Below are positions 47,350 to 56,845 of a DNA stretch of 64,000 nucleotides, piece after piece. Each line of letters opens with the position of its first letter. The stretch's first letter is position 1. Under the pieces are notes generated by a model that was given only the letters and a program-made list of their open reading frames with translations, had not been told where the DNA came from and ran no database searches. The translations under genes and the position numbers were made by a program. This DNA is from an uncultured virus (IMG/VR IMGVR_UViG_3300037112_000155) (Duplodnaviria > Heunggongvirae > Uroviricota > Caudoviricetes). The stretch spans positions 1 through 64,000 of IMG/VR virus record IMGVR_UViG_3300037112_000155; one strand, 5' to 3'.

Positions 47350-48678
47350 TTAGGCGTTGACGTTGAGCGGGTTCGCCGCATCGAAGATCGCTGCCGTTGC
47401 CAGATCGGTGAAGGTGTTGTTCGCCTCCGACAGGTTGAACACGGTGCGCGCCGGCATGGTGAACTCGTTCGGGCGGACCTTGATGTTGCGGGCAACCGCG
47501 ATCGCCTGGCCTTCGTTGAGGATGCCGAAGCCGTAGGTCTCTTCGATCGACATGTTCTGGATGTTGAACTGGCCATCTTCCCAGCTCTTGACATGGGGCT
47601 CTTCAGCCACGATCAAGGCGCCGAGGTTGCGGCTGTTGAACATCAGGATGTCGGTCGTGCGATCCTCGGGGTCGAACTTGACGAACGGCGAGACCAGGAT
47701 GCGGAAGGGCAGGCCGAGGTAACCGGGGAGCTGCGGTGCCGAACTCATGTTCTGGTAGTTGCCGGACGTGGCGTTGGAGACTTCCCCACCGGTCAGCTGA
47801 CCGTTGGTGTACTGGCCGGTCTGGCCGGTACCGAGGCCGAGGCCGCCGTTGTTGTAGAACTTGTTGCCCTGGACAGCCGGGTTTCCGGTCCACTGAGCGA
47901 AGAAGCTTCCGCCGCCCGCCTGGATCGCGAACTCGCGGATCACGGGATCCTTTACCCACATGAGCCACGCCATTGGATGGACCAGCATCGTGTCGGGCAC
48001 GAAACCGTTCAAGAGAACAGCCGCGTACATATCGAAGATGTCGTCGACCGTCATGGAGCCGTTCAGCTTGCCCTTGTAGTCGCGACCCGTGGTGACGCCC
48101 TTGATGGGCTGGCCGACGGTGTTGGACGTCATACGTGCGTTGACGTCGTTGTCGAAGACAACCGTGCCGAGGCGCGTGATGAAGTCGAAGATGTACTCTT
48201 CCTTGTGGCGGGCGAGAGCGTTGCCGGCCAGGCGCAGCCAGAAGTTGATCCAGGGGTAGCTGGACTCGTCGACGAAGCGCTTGGCGATCTTGAGACGCAG
48301 ACCGTGCCGCTTGACCGTCACACCGAACGACTGTGCTCCACCGATGTTGATGTTGTAGATCGGCAGATCCATTCCGTCGCCGGCTTCGTCCGCGCGAAGC
48401 GGCTCGATGGCGGGGAATACGGTCGTCATTCCAGGCTTGTACTGGACCTTCTGGAGCAGGTTCGTGCCGATGAGCATCGGCTCGATGCCTTCCTGCACGA
48501 TCTGAGTCAGCGCGCGGGGGATCATGAAGGCCGCGTTCTGAACATCCAGAGCGTCCTTGATATCCATCGGGTCGCCGGTCTCGGGATCGTACCCATTGCT
48601 GCGGAAAATGGTCGCGAACCGGTCCTGAAGCTTCAGCTCGGCCTGGAACTCTTCCGGTGTCTGCTTATTCTTTGCCAT
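47350..48678 (-). CDS. major capsid protein, HK97-like (442 aa, starts MAKNKQ)
   Basis: AGGAGG SD; VKRHGLRL...VDES...ALARHKE and PDTMLVHPMAW; follows protease and decoration genes. Confidence 0.85.
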   Translation of the reverse strand: MAKNKQTPEEFQAELKLQDRFATIFRSNGYDPETGDPMDIKDALDVQNAAFMIPRALTQIVQEGIEPMLIGTNLLQKVQYKPGMTTVFPAIEPLRADEAGDGMDLPIYNINIGGAQSFGVTVKRHGLRLKIAKRFVDESSYPWINFWLRLAGNALARHKEEYIFDFITRLGTVVFDNDVNARMTSNTVGQPIKGVTTGRDYKGKLNGSMTVDDIFDMYAAVLLNGFVPDTMLVHPMAWLMWVKDPVIREFAIQAGGGSFFAQWTGNPAVQGNKFYNNGGLGLGTGQTGQYTNGQLTGGEVSNATSGNYQNMSSAPQLPGYLGLPFRILVSPFVKFDPEDRTTDILMFNSRNLGALIVAEEPHVKSWEDGQFNIQNMSIEETYGFGILNEGQAIAVARNIKVRPNEFTMPARTVFNLSEANNTFTDLATAAIFDAANPLNVNA

Positions 48679-48763
48679 GGTGAAAATACCCTCCTGGGGC
48701 GAGCTGGTCCGCGCGGGACCGTGCGGGTGTTCTTGTGGATCTGGATTCACGAAGGGGTTCGGT

Positions 48764-48964
48764 TTAGGGCCGAACCTCAACCTCGATGTGTTGGCGGCAG
48801 CGGCGTTCGGGGCATTGGAAGGCCCCGGATAGTTCACCGGCCGAGTTCTTCTTCACCACCAGCGTGTTGCACTTGCAGGTGGCGTCGTCATAGCGGGGAG
48901 CCATGCACCGCAGACCGTTTCCCTTCAGGTACGCCTGACCCTGGGTAATCACGATCTGCGGCAC
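48764..48964 (-). CDS. Com-like zinc-ribbon protein (about 66 aa)
   Basis: LRC...CNTLVVK...FQCPERRC; GTG start with GGAG SD. Confidence 0.55.
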   Translation of the reverse strand: MPQIVITQGQAYLKGNGLRCMAPRYDDATCKCNTLVVKKNSAGELSGAFQCPERRCRQHIEVEVRP

Positions 48965-49003
48965 GGGCAATCTCCACACGAACAAACTGTTGGTTCGGTC
49001 GGC

Positions 49004-50206
49004 TTACAGGTTGACGCGAACGAGGACGTAGGTGCCGTACTCCGGGCGAGCGGCCGTCTTCTGGATCAGGGAGGCCTTGTAGATGCCGTCCGTGGTCAGA
49101 GACAGGTCGTACGGGATACCGCCGGTGGCGGAACCACCCATCATGATCGACGCGGGGTTCGGGTTGTTGGTCGGACCAACCATGCGGGACGGATCCCACA
49201 GGGTCTTGATGCGGTTCGAGTACCCGACCTTCTGGATCATGTTCAGCACGCCGATGATGCGTCCGATGAGATCGACCGGGGTGTTCTTGGTCGCGTCGAA
49301 GTCGGAGTAGTTGCCGCAATCGCCGGTCTGCTGGGAGAAGGTGACGCCGTTGCCGACCTGGGGTGCGCCGGTGTAGTGGGCGAAGCTGCGTCCGTAACCC
49401 TGGACATAGCCGCGGATGTTGTCGGTCGTCGCGAAGCCCTGCAGAGTGCCGGGGGTTGCGCCGATCCATGGCACGCGCAGCACGTACTGGGTCTGGATGG
49501 CCGTGCCCATCTCGTGCATGTAGTTGTTGACCTGGAAGCCGGTCGGAACCATGCCTTCGAGGCGATACAGGATGCCGCCGACCAGAGTCGTGTCGAGCAC
49601 CTTCACGCCGCCGATGTACTGGAGCACGTTGCGCACTGCGACGCCGATGGGACGGGCTACTCCGAAGGAGTAGGCAACCGGCGCGCCAGCCACGCCCGTG
49701 GGGGTCGTGCCGGACTGCACAGCCGGGAAGAGGTTACAGGCATGGGCGAAGTCGATGTCGGGCTGCGAGATCACAACCACGGTGCCGTTGGGCAGCGTGA
49801 TGTTCCCTGGAGCTGCATCGGACGGCGCTGCGAGCAACACGTGGTCGCCAGGAGTTACCGGTCCGCCGGTGCGCGGGTCAACGGTGAACTCATCGGCCAG
49901 GCCGGAGCTGTACTGCAGGATGCAATACTTGTTCGACGCGCCGGGGGTGACGCCGCAGAACAGGCCCGCGGGAACCAATGCGCCGCTCTTGTCCTGGCCC
50001 ACGAGATGCTGCGAGCTGAGGACAACGGAAGCCAACTTGGGATGACCCGCATCCTGGCGCAGAGCCGGGAGGTAGGGCGCCGGGTAGGGAACGGGCAGCC
50101 ACGGCCGAATGGGCTCGGAAGCCTCGAGATCGGGGGTGGTGTGACCGGGCCACCGGTCGTTGCCGAACATCTTGCCGGTGTACTGGTTATTGACGTCAAA
50201 AGCCAT
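49004..50206 (-). CDS. putative head decoration/cement protein (400 aa)
   Basis: AAGGAG SD; lies between scaffold and capsid; LVPAG, PIGVA and IGRI motifs. Confidence 0.55.
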   Translation of the reverse strand: MAFDVNNQYTGKMFGNDRWPGHTTPDLEASEPIRPWLPVPYPAPYLPALRQDAGHPKLASVVLSSQHLVGQDKSGALVPAGLFCGVTPGASNKYCILQYSSGLADEFTVDPRTGGPVTPGDHVLLAAPSDAAPGNITLPNGTVVVISQPDIDFAHACNLFPAVQSGTTPTGVAGAPVAYSFGVARPIGVAVRNVLQYIGGVKVLDTTLVGGILYRLEGMVPTGFQVNNYMHEMGTAIQTQYVLRVPWIGATPGTLQGFATTDNIRGYVQGYGRSFAHYTGAPQVGNGVTFSQQTGDCGNYSDFDATKNTPVDLIGRIIGVLNMIQKVGYSNRIKTLWDPSRMVGPTNNPNPASIMMGGSATGGIPYDLSLTTDGIYKASLIQKTAARPEYGTYVLVRVNL

Positions 50207-50233
50207 GGTGAATCTCCTTGTGCTAACGCTGAG

Positions 50234-52345
50234 TTAGCTGAGCTTCGTCCGACCCCACCGCACATCCGCAATCAGCCGGGTACGTGCAGGTTCGTCGGTG
50301 ATGTAAGAGAGCATCCGGTTCAGCTTCTGGGCGTCTTGCGCCTTCAGTTCCGGAATTTGCGCTTCAGGGTGGAACCCTTCGGACTCGCTTACATGCGCGT
50401 TGTCGGTTACCGTGGTGGCCGGGTCCTTGCCCGCTGCCTCCGGTGCGGCTACAACGGGCTTGGCCCACTGCAGCTCATTCAGGATGTCGGCGACGGAGTC
50501 GCGCAGGCTGGTGATATGCCGCTTCGCGTACTCGCTGATCTTGTCCTGGATCTTGGCTCCATCCAGGCCGGTGAAACCGTCCTTCTGGCGCAGGACACTG
50601 GCCATGACGATGGTGGTGGCCATGCTCAGCTTCGAGTCGTTGAAGAACTTGGCGATCGACTGATCCTTGATCGTGATCGTGCCCTGGAGCTTGGTGATCT
50701 CGGCTTCCTGGGTGACGACAGCCTCATCCTTGAGCGCCAGCTCGTCGTTGGAGACGAGCTTGGAGTCCTTGACGTGGTTGGCCAGCGTGGACTTCGCGTA
50801 CTCGACCCAGCGATCCTTGCCCCAACGCTCGCCGATGGAACCGTGAAGGTCTTCCATCTTCCAGCGCAGTTCCTGGCTCGCCTTGCCGTGCAACTTGTCC
50901 AGCGTCTCGTAGCAACCGAGAATCGACTTGGCTTCTTCGGTGGGCTCGGCCTTCTCTTCGGCATCGAGCAACTTGACGCCGACTGCGAGGGCCTTCAGCT
51001 CATCGCTGATCTTGACAACACCGTCGGTTGTCTTCTTGGCGTCCTTGATGTTCTCGCTGCACTCTTCGCAGACATTCTCACCGTCGGAAGTGACGCCCAT
51101 CTTGTCCTTGGTGAACTTCGCCTTGCAGGCAAAGCATTCGACCTTGTCCTTGACTTCCGTTGCCGGAGTCTCGGACTCGGCGACGGCGGCGGCGACGGCG
51201 GCAGCATCAACTGCATCCTTGACCTTATCGACGGTGGCGAGTTCTTCCGCGGAAGGAGCTGCGACGGCGTCGGTCACTGTAACAGGAGTGTCCTGCTTCC
51301 AGCTGTTCTTACGAATCTTGGCGGTCAGGGTCGACTGCAAGCTGCGCTTGGCGCTCTTGTCGTCTTCCGATTCCGGGGTCCAGGCCAGGAGCTGGTCGCG
51401 CACCGCAAAGGCATCGGTCGCGGTCAGTTCGGCACTTTTGATGGTCTGCTCAAGGGCAGCCAAATCGATCGTCATCTCGGGTTCCTCGTAATGAATCTGG
51501 ATGTCCGACTCATACAGACTGTCGGTCAGTTTGAGGCCCGCCTCGACCATGTGATCCTGGTCTCCGATCGGCAAGCCGAGAAAGAACATCTTCTCGAGGG
51601 AGTCCTTCAATTCCTTGGTCTTCACGGCGGCGAATGGATCGGCGCCGAAGTTGACGAAGGAGAGTTCCTCGTAGCGGAAGCGACCGGAGATAATGAACAT
51701 CCGGCGGCCATCAACGAGCTGCCCAGGGCGATGCTCGCACTTATCGTTCGAAGCCCAATCGGTGTGGCAGATTGAGCAGATTGCCTCGTCGGTGATGGCA
51801 CCGGCCGAAACGCAAAGGTATTCGTCGCGGAGGATCTTCTTGATCGCTTCCGGATTGGTGATGGTCAGGCCGAGTTCGATGTGGCCCAGACCACGGTAGT
51901 CGGACAGGGGGACTAGATTGTCGGTGATCCAGTCGACAGCTTTGAAGAGACCTACCTTCTTGGACCGGGCATCCCGGTTGTAGAAGACCGAATCCTTGAG
52001 GATCGGATAGTCCTTCGCATACTGCCAGGAGTCATCGATGTACTTGGCCTCGCGAACGCGGCCCAGAACCTCGCCATCCTCACTGTGTCCACGCAACACT
52101 GGAAGCGCCGGCTTGTGCTTCGGCAGCCAGGTGTGGACTGAGTCCTGCATGAAATCAGGACGGTAAAACTTGCGGTTGCCGGTGACCAGACCGGCGTGCG
52201 TCGCGTTGACGCGCACGAGCAGGCTACTGCCTGTCTCGGAGGTAGAGTCCTTGCACTCGAAGAAGTGTTTCTTATCCTCAAGGACCTCTTTCGGACGGAA
52301 TGTCAGAAAGTCTCGGACCTTGAGCCAGCGTCGCTCGTTGGACAT
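50234..52345 (-). CDS. prohead protease with C-terminal scaffold (703 aa)
   Basis: PVLRGH...LGRV, VSAG, CSIC...CEH, ELSFVNFGAD; charged coiled-coil C-terminus; follows portal. Confidence 0.8.
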   Translation of the reverse strand: MSNERRWLKVRDFLTFRPKEVLEDKKHFFECKDSTSETGSSLLVRVNATHAGLVTGNRKFYRPDFMQDSVHTWLPKHKPALPVLRGHSEDGEVLGRVREAKYIDDSWQYAKDYPILKDSVFYNRDARSKKVGLFKAVDWITDNLVPLSDYRGLGHIELGLTITNPEAIKKILRDEYLCVSAGAITDEAICSICHTDWASNDKCEHRPGQLVDGRRMFIISGRFRYEELSFVNFGADPFAAVKTKELKDSLEKMFFLGLPIGDQDHMVEAGLKLTDSLYESDIQIHYEEPEMTIDLAALEQTIKSAELTATDAFAVRDQLLAWTPESEDDKSAKRSLQSTLTAKIRKNSWKQDTPVTVTDAVAAPSAEELATVDKVKDAVDAAAVAAAVAESETPATEVKDKVECFACKAKFTKDKMGVTSDGENVCEECSENIKDAKKTTDGVVKISDELKALAVGVKLLDAEEKAEPTEEAKSILGCYETLDKLHGKASQELRWKMEDLHGSIGERWGKDRWVEYAKSTLANHVKDSKLVSNDELALKDEAVVTQEAEITKLQGTITIKDQSIAKFFNDSKLSMATTIVMASVLRQKDGFTGLDGAKIQDKISEYAKRHITSLRDSVADILNELQWAKPVVAAPEAAGKDPATTVTDNAHVSESEGFHPEAQIPELKAQDAQKLNRMLSYITDEPARTRLIADVRWGRTKLS

Positions 52346-52415
52346 GTCGGCTTGGTCTTCCTGACGAACTGTCAGTCACCCGGGTAACGTAGTTCTTGTC
52401 CGGCGTCGACTGCAG

Positions 52416-52598
52416 TTAGTTCTGTACGTTGAGGGGGATCTCGAGCAGGAAAGAACCGCCTGCGGGGATCTGGGATACCTGTACCGGACTCTGGAACATT
52501 GCCCCGGCGCCCATTGCAAGCGCGGTCTCCAGCGGTGCGGATACAATGCCGGTGGGGTTGATCTCCCTAACTGGCAAGTGCGTCGTGAAGTTCGACAT
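52416..52598 (-). CDS. small hypothetical protein (60 aa)
   Basis: GAGGT SD; downstream of the portal-internal promoter; overlaps portal 3' end. Confidence 0.4.
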   Translation of the reverse strand: MSNFTTHLPVREINPTGIVSAPLETALAMGAGAMFQSPVQVSQIPAGGSFLLEIPLNVQN

Positions 52599-54810
52599 CG
52601 TCTACTACCTCTTCCTCGATGCCTTCCCGAAGGAGGACAGAGAGAAGTTCAGGGTCAGAGGTCTCAGCGATCATGGCCTTCAATCGGCTAAGTCCATCTC
52701 TCACCTGTCTAGTATAGGAATCACCACCCGAACCGGTGATTTCAGCTTTCTCCATACGGTCCAGGACCTGATCTACCACTTCCGAACTGACCGACTGCCA
52801 CTGTTTCGGCGCGGACTGTCCATCGCTGATCATGTCCTCGCGCGCCAGCAGCAAGCCTTCGTACAACTCGCCCATGAAGGATTCACGGCTGGACTTAGCC
52901 TTGGTCGGCCCCAGGCCGCTGCCGTGCTGGTTGGTCGGGCGCATCTTATTCGAGACGGCGGCCGCGGTCTGCGTCGTCTTCTTGGCGGTTGAGCGGCGCG
53001 GCGCGCCGGCGGCGCCCTTGCGCGCGGTAGCATTCGCCACCGCTACCTTGGCCTTGGCGATGACAGGCAGATGCTTGGCCTGGGCGGCGAGACTCTGCTC
53101 CTCGTGACCGGTCTTGGTCTCGGAGAGTTTGGCCTGCGCCTCCATCAGCTTGATCTGGGTGCCTGCCATCTTCTTTTCGTTGTCGACATTGGCGGCGTTG
53201 ATTTCGAGGGTCGAGGCAGTCTTGAACTTGGTAATCTCCTTCTCAAGCTTCACCACATGCAGGCTGAAGTGGGTGTTGCCCCGATCCTTCGGAGTCATCG
53301 CCTTGTACTTCAGGCGCTTGCGGGCTTCATCCTCGGTGATGAGGTGGGAGTTGAAGAGAGCCAGGACGTGGGTCTCTTCCTTGATCCGGTTGTCGAGATC
53401 CAGTTCGTGGAACCGGATGAAGGTGCGGGCCACGCCCTTCTGCACGGAGGTCGAGTAGTTCGCCTCCATGAACCAGTCGCGGAACATGAACATCCGGATC
53501 TGATCGGCCAGGTCATCGAGATCGGCCTTGATCGAATCCTTGAGGTTCTGCGAGATGTTGTCGGCGGTGGCGCGCGTTGCGTCCGCGCCTTCGCCCATGT
53601 CGATGGCGCTCATGCCCAGCCCGACATAGACGCGGCTCTTGTAGTGCGTTACCAGTGGGGAGAAGTCGAGGGACTTGCCTTCGGCGCCGACGGCGCTGAT
53701 CTTGACGCGCTCGTCCGAGACATAGACGCCTTCCTTCGGCATGTTCTCGATCTGCCAGCGGACCAGGTCGATCTCAGACTCGCCGTTGTCGCCGTAGGTG
53801 CAAGGCGCTTCCGCGGTGCCCACTTGAACGTGGAACAACGGGAACAAGTGGTTGATGAACAGCAGTTCGACGTTCTCTTCCAAGCGGCGGAGCGCAAAGA
53901 TGTCGTCGCGGACGGCGATCGTGCGCGGGGTGGCATAGATGTGGCCGGCCTTGAGATCGGAGGACCACTTGAAGTGGATGATGTCTTCGACCGGGATGTC
54001 CTGCCACGGAACGGCGGAGTCGAAGAAGCGACGCCACTTCACGATCCGGCCATGCTCGAGGTAGGGCTGGATGGTGTGGGCCGGGATGATCGAATAGGCG
54101 GCGACCGGCGCCGGCATCCCCTTCTTGCGGGGAACCGGGGACGCATCTTCCTTGCGCAGCTTGTGAACAAAGCAGTTGGAGCAGGTGAAGAGGTTGTACA
54201 GAATGCCCTTGAGCAGGCTGGGGAAACTGCGCTCCGAGACAAACTCCATGACGTCGATGCGGTGCTGGATGTACTCAGCGTCCTCATCCCGGTCGCTCAT
54301 GATCTCGTAGCCGGCGCGGGCGGCGAGCGCCAGCTTCCGGTGGACCATCTGCTTTACATAGACTTCGGTGTCCACGATGGCATGCGGTTCGCGCATGTCG
54401 TATTCCGGCTGCAGGACCCCATTCCACATGTAATAGGTGCCGATGTAGTCGGCCGCCTTGGCCTGCTTGATCCGGGTGATGTCCGGGTTGATGATCTTCC
54501 CGGCATCGGCGATCTTCATCCCGCTGTCGACGGTCGTCTTCCAGGCGCGCATCTGGGCATCGGTGACGTGGCGTGCTCCGGTCGGGATCTCCCGCGGCTG
54601 GAAGGTTCCGCCGGTGTACGAAGCGGTACGATCGCCGAGCCCTTTGATGTTGGGCTCCATCTGCTTGCCGGCAACCGTCCTCCGCATCGCGATCGGCTTC
54701 GACGCGCTCTTCAGCGTGCCGTCCGTGAATGCCATGAGGCGGGTGAGCCGATACGTTTCCTGGATCTGAAGACGGTCTGCTTTCATCTGGTTAGCGGTCT
54801 TGCTGGGCAT
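52567..54810 (-). CDS. portal protein with long C-terminal extension (747 aa)
   Basis: DIIHFK, PLFHVQVG, GLGMS..DMG, LITEDEARKRL; position between terminase and protease. Confidence 0.8.
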   Translation of the reverse strand: MPSKTANQMKADRLQIQETYRLTRLMAFTDGTLKSASKPIAMRRTVAGKQMEPNIKGLGDRTASYTGGTFQPREIPTGARHVTDAQMRAWKTTVDSGMKIADAGKIINPDITRIKQAKAADYIGTYYMWNGVLQPEYDMREPHAIVDTEVYVKQMVHRKLALAARAGYEIMSDRDEDAEYIQHRIDVMEFVSERSFPSLLKGILYNLFTCSNCFVHKLRKEDASPVPRKKGMPAPVAAYSIIPAHTIQPYLEHGRIVKWRRFFDSAVPWQDIPVEDIIHFKWSSDLKAGHIYATPRTIAVRDDIFALRRLEENVELLFINHLFPLFHVQVGTAEAPCTYGDNGESEIDLVRWQIENMPKEGVYVSDERVKISAVGAEGKSLDFSPLVTHYKSRVYVGLGMSAIDMGEGADATRATADNISQNLKDSIKADLDDLADQIRMFMFRDWFMEANYSTSVQKGVARTFIRFHELDLDNRIKEETHVLALFNSHLITEDEARKRLKYKAMTPKDRGNTHFSLHVVKLEKEITKFKTASTLEINAANVDNEKKMAGTQIKLMEAQAKLSETKTGHEEQSLAAQAKHLPVIAKAKVAVANATARKGAAGAPRRSTAKKTTQTAAAVSNKMRPTNQHGSGLGPTKAKSSRESFMGELYEGLLLAREDMISDGQSAPKQWQSVSSEVVDQVLDRMEKAEITGSGGDSYTRQVRDGLSRLKAMIAETSDPELLSVLLREGIEEEVVDDVELHDALAS
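52704..52741 (-). promoter_or_regulatory. phage promoter motif, copy 4, inside the portal gene (AATCACCGGT-N15-TATACTAGACAG)
   Basis: Repeated motif upstream of the protease-decoration-capsid genes. Confidence 0.7.
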
Positions 54811-56426
54811 TAGCTTGCTCCAAGGGTGGGTGCCTTGACGGCCGCCGAAGTGGCGACGAGGGTCAGGCCTCCGTTGACCAGAGTGGTCTGGACGCTGCTC
54901 GGTGGCGCGGGAACGGAAGGAGGAACGGCCTGCATCTGGCTGTTCACGACAACATAAGAGGATCCGGTGGCGGACTGCATGCCGTTCATGATCTGGGTGA
55001 CGGCCTGCATCTGACTGATGGTCTGGGTGCCGCCCACGGGCGCCGCGGATCCGGTGAAAGAGAGGACGGATCGCGCGAGCTGGGTGAGCGTGTTCAAAGC
55101 CTGGGTACTACACATCAGGTCCAGCTGGGTGTTCATGTCGCCAACACGGCGCTGCAGGAGCTTCTGAAACGACTCCTGGACCAGGCTGGCTTTCTTCATG
55201 CCTTCGTGTTGTGCCCAGTCGAGATGGGTGGCCAGGGCGGTCAGGCCCTGGGACATCTTGCCAACGCCAGGAACGGACCAAACGCTTTCCGGAACGGCCG
55301 GCTTCTGAGCCGCCGCGTTGTGCGGGAGTCCGCAACTGTAGCCGAAGGACATTCCCTTCAGACCGCCGGTGGTGTGGTTGTAGGCCTGCTTGACGCCGCC
55401 GGCAGCCTGACCCACCAGGGCAGTTGCAAGTTGTACCTGCTTGACCATGTCGCCTATGTTGCTGGTGATCTGGCGGAGCGGCATGATTGCGGTCTGAATG
55501 AACCGATCGGCCATGAACTCCATCGTGGAGGCCTCGGCGATCAGCATCATGAAGGCGTAGCCGGTGAGCCCGTTGACCACTGACTTCAACCGCGGGAGAT
55601 GGGCAAACCCGATCAGCGAGTCGAACAGAGCCGTCATACGAATCAGGTTCGCGGCCGGCTCGATGAAGTATTGGTTCAGGACGTTGTTGACGTCCTGGTC
55701 GATGACACCCGTCGTTGCCGCCAGCTGATAGACCGAAGCGTAGGAACTCTGGAATGAGTCAAACGCGTCGTTCATGATGGACGACAGGGCAGGCGACACG
55801 TCCTGGCCGCGCACCGAGATCAAGCTCGGCTTGCCGCTCGTGAGCGCCGCCGCCGGCGCCGCCAGCACGGGGTACCTGGCCAGTTCGGTCGCTACGGTGT
55901 TGAAGAGGGCGGTATCTCCCTTGAGTTGACGGAGCAGCAGGGGCAGCTGGTACTGGAACTTGCCGCTGTTGAGCAAGCCGTTCTCAATTGCCTGAGCCAC
56001 CTGGCTCACAGCCGCCGCCTGGAAGGCGTTGACTTCACAGGCGCTGTTGGTGCCAAGCGCGGTGTCGATCTGCAGCGCGGCCAGTTCTGCGTCCAGCATC
56101 CGGCCGTACATGTTGACGGTCAGCGAAGTCGGGACGATCTGGTTCGGGTAGAGAATCTCCAGCGACTGCGCCGTGCTGGGGTCGACGGCGGGATCGAACT
56201 CCACGCCCAATCCCTGGCTGCGCGCCAGGATCACATCCTGAAGGTACCGATTGGCATTGAGCAGCTCCTTGGCTCTGGCGATCAACTGTCCTGCCACTGA
56301 CGTGTTCAGCGAATTCGTCTGTCCGGGGTTCATGAACAGACCGGGTTGCTGAACAGAATTGACCGGGATCGTCGCGGGAACGGTAGGCGGCGGGGTGTAC
56401 GCGAACTTGATCGAATCGAAGGACAT
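54810..56426 (-). CDS. hypothetical helical protein (538 aa)
   Basis: TAATG-coupled on both sides, between terminase and portal. Confidence 0.6.
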   Translation of the reverse strand: MSFDSIKFAYTPPPTVPATIPVNSVQQPGLFMNPGQTNSLNTSVAGQLIARAKELLNANRYLQDVILARSQGLGVEFDPAVDPSTAQSLEILYPNQIVPTSLTVNMYGRMLDAELAALQIDTALGTNSACEVNAFQAAAVSQVAQAIENGLLNSGKFQYQLPLLLRQLKGDTALFNTVATELARYPVLAAPAAALTSGKPSLISVRGQDVSPALSSIMNDAFDSFQSSYASVYQLAATTGVIDQDVNNVLNQYFIEPAANLIRMTALFDSLIGFAHLPRLKSVVNGLTGYAFMMLIAEASTMEFMADRFIQTAIMPLRQITSNIGDMVKQVQLATALVGQAAGGVKQAYNHTTGGLKGMSFGYSCGLPHNAAAQKPAVPESVWSVPGVGKMSQGLTALATHLDWAQHEGMKKASLVQESFQKLLQRRVGDMNTQLDLMCSTQALNTLTQLARSVLSFTGSAAPVGGTQTISQMQAVTQIMNGMQSATGSSYVVVNSQMQAVPPSVPAPPSSVQTTLVNGGLTLVATSAAVKAPTLGAS

Positions 56427-56845
56427 TAGGCGCTCGGGAGGTTGGCGGAAACGACTGAAGACCCGGTCGCGTCCTGCAGGTCGTCAGGATCCACGGCGAA
56501 GACCTGGTCGTAGCCGATCATCCTCTGGAAGGCCAGACCGACCGTTCCCAGGGATTCAGTGGTGTAGAGATGCCGCTCCACATCGAGGTTGAGAGGCGCG
56601 CGATGCACGATCAGACTCCAGGCGGCCTTGAGCAGGGTGCTGACGCTCGAGTACACCGTCATCTCCTCAAAGAAGTCCTGCAGGCCGAGGAAGCCCTGCT
56701 TCAGGAATTCCAGGATGCCGTTGTAGGCCAGCTCCTGCATGAACGGGAACTTCTCCAGCTTGTTGATGACCGACACGGCGATCGGCTTGTCGTAACTCGC
56801 TGCGGTGTCCGCGGCAATGTTGTTCTGGGTATCGCCGTTCGCCAT
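56426..56845 (-). CDS. hypothetical protein (139 aa)
   Basis: AGGAG SD; abuts terminase stop. Confidence 0.6.
   Translation of the reverse strand: MANGDTQNNIAADTAASYDKPIAVSVINKLEKFPFMQELAYNGILEFLKQGFLGLQDFFEEMTVYSSVSTLLKAAWSLIVHRAPLNLDVERHLYTTESLGTVGLAFQRMIGYDQVFAVDPDDLQDATGSSVVSANLPSA

Noticed and set aside
48679..48837. 53-aa N-terminal extension of the capsid ORF in the track
   Set aside because: Strong SD at the MAKNKQ start; the extension overlaps the zinc-ribbon ORF and a structured leader
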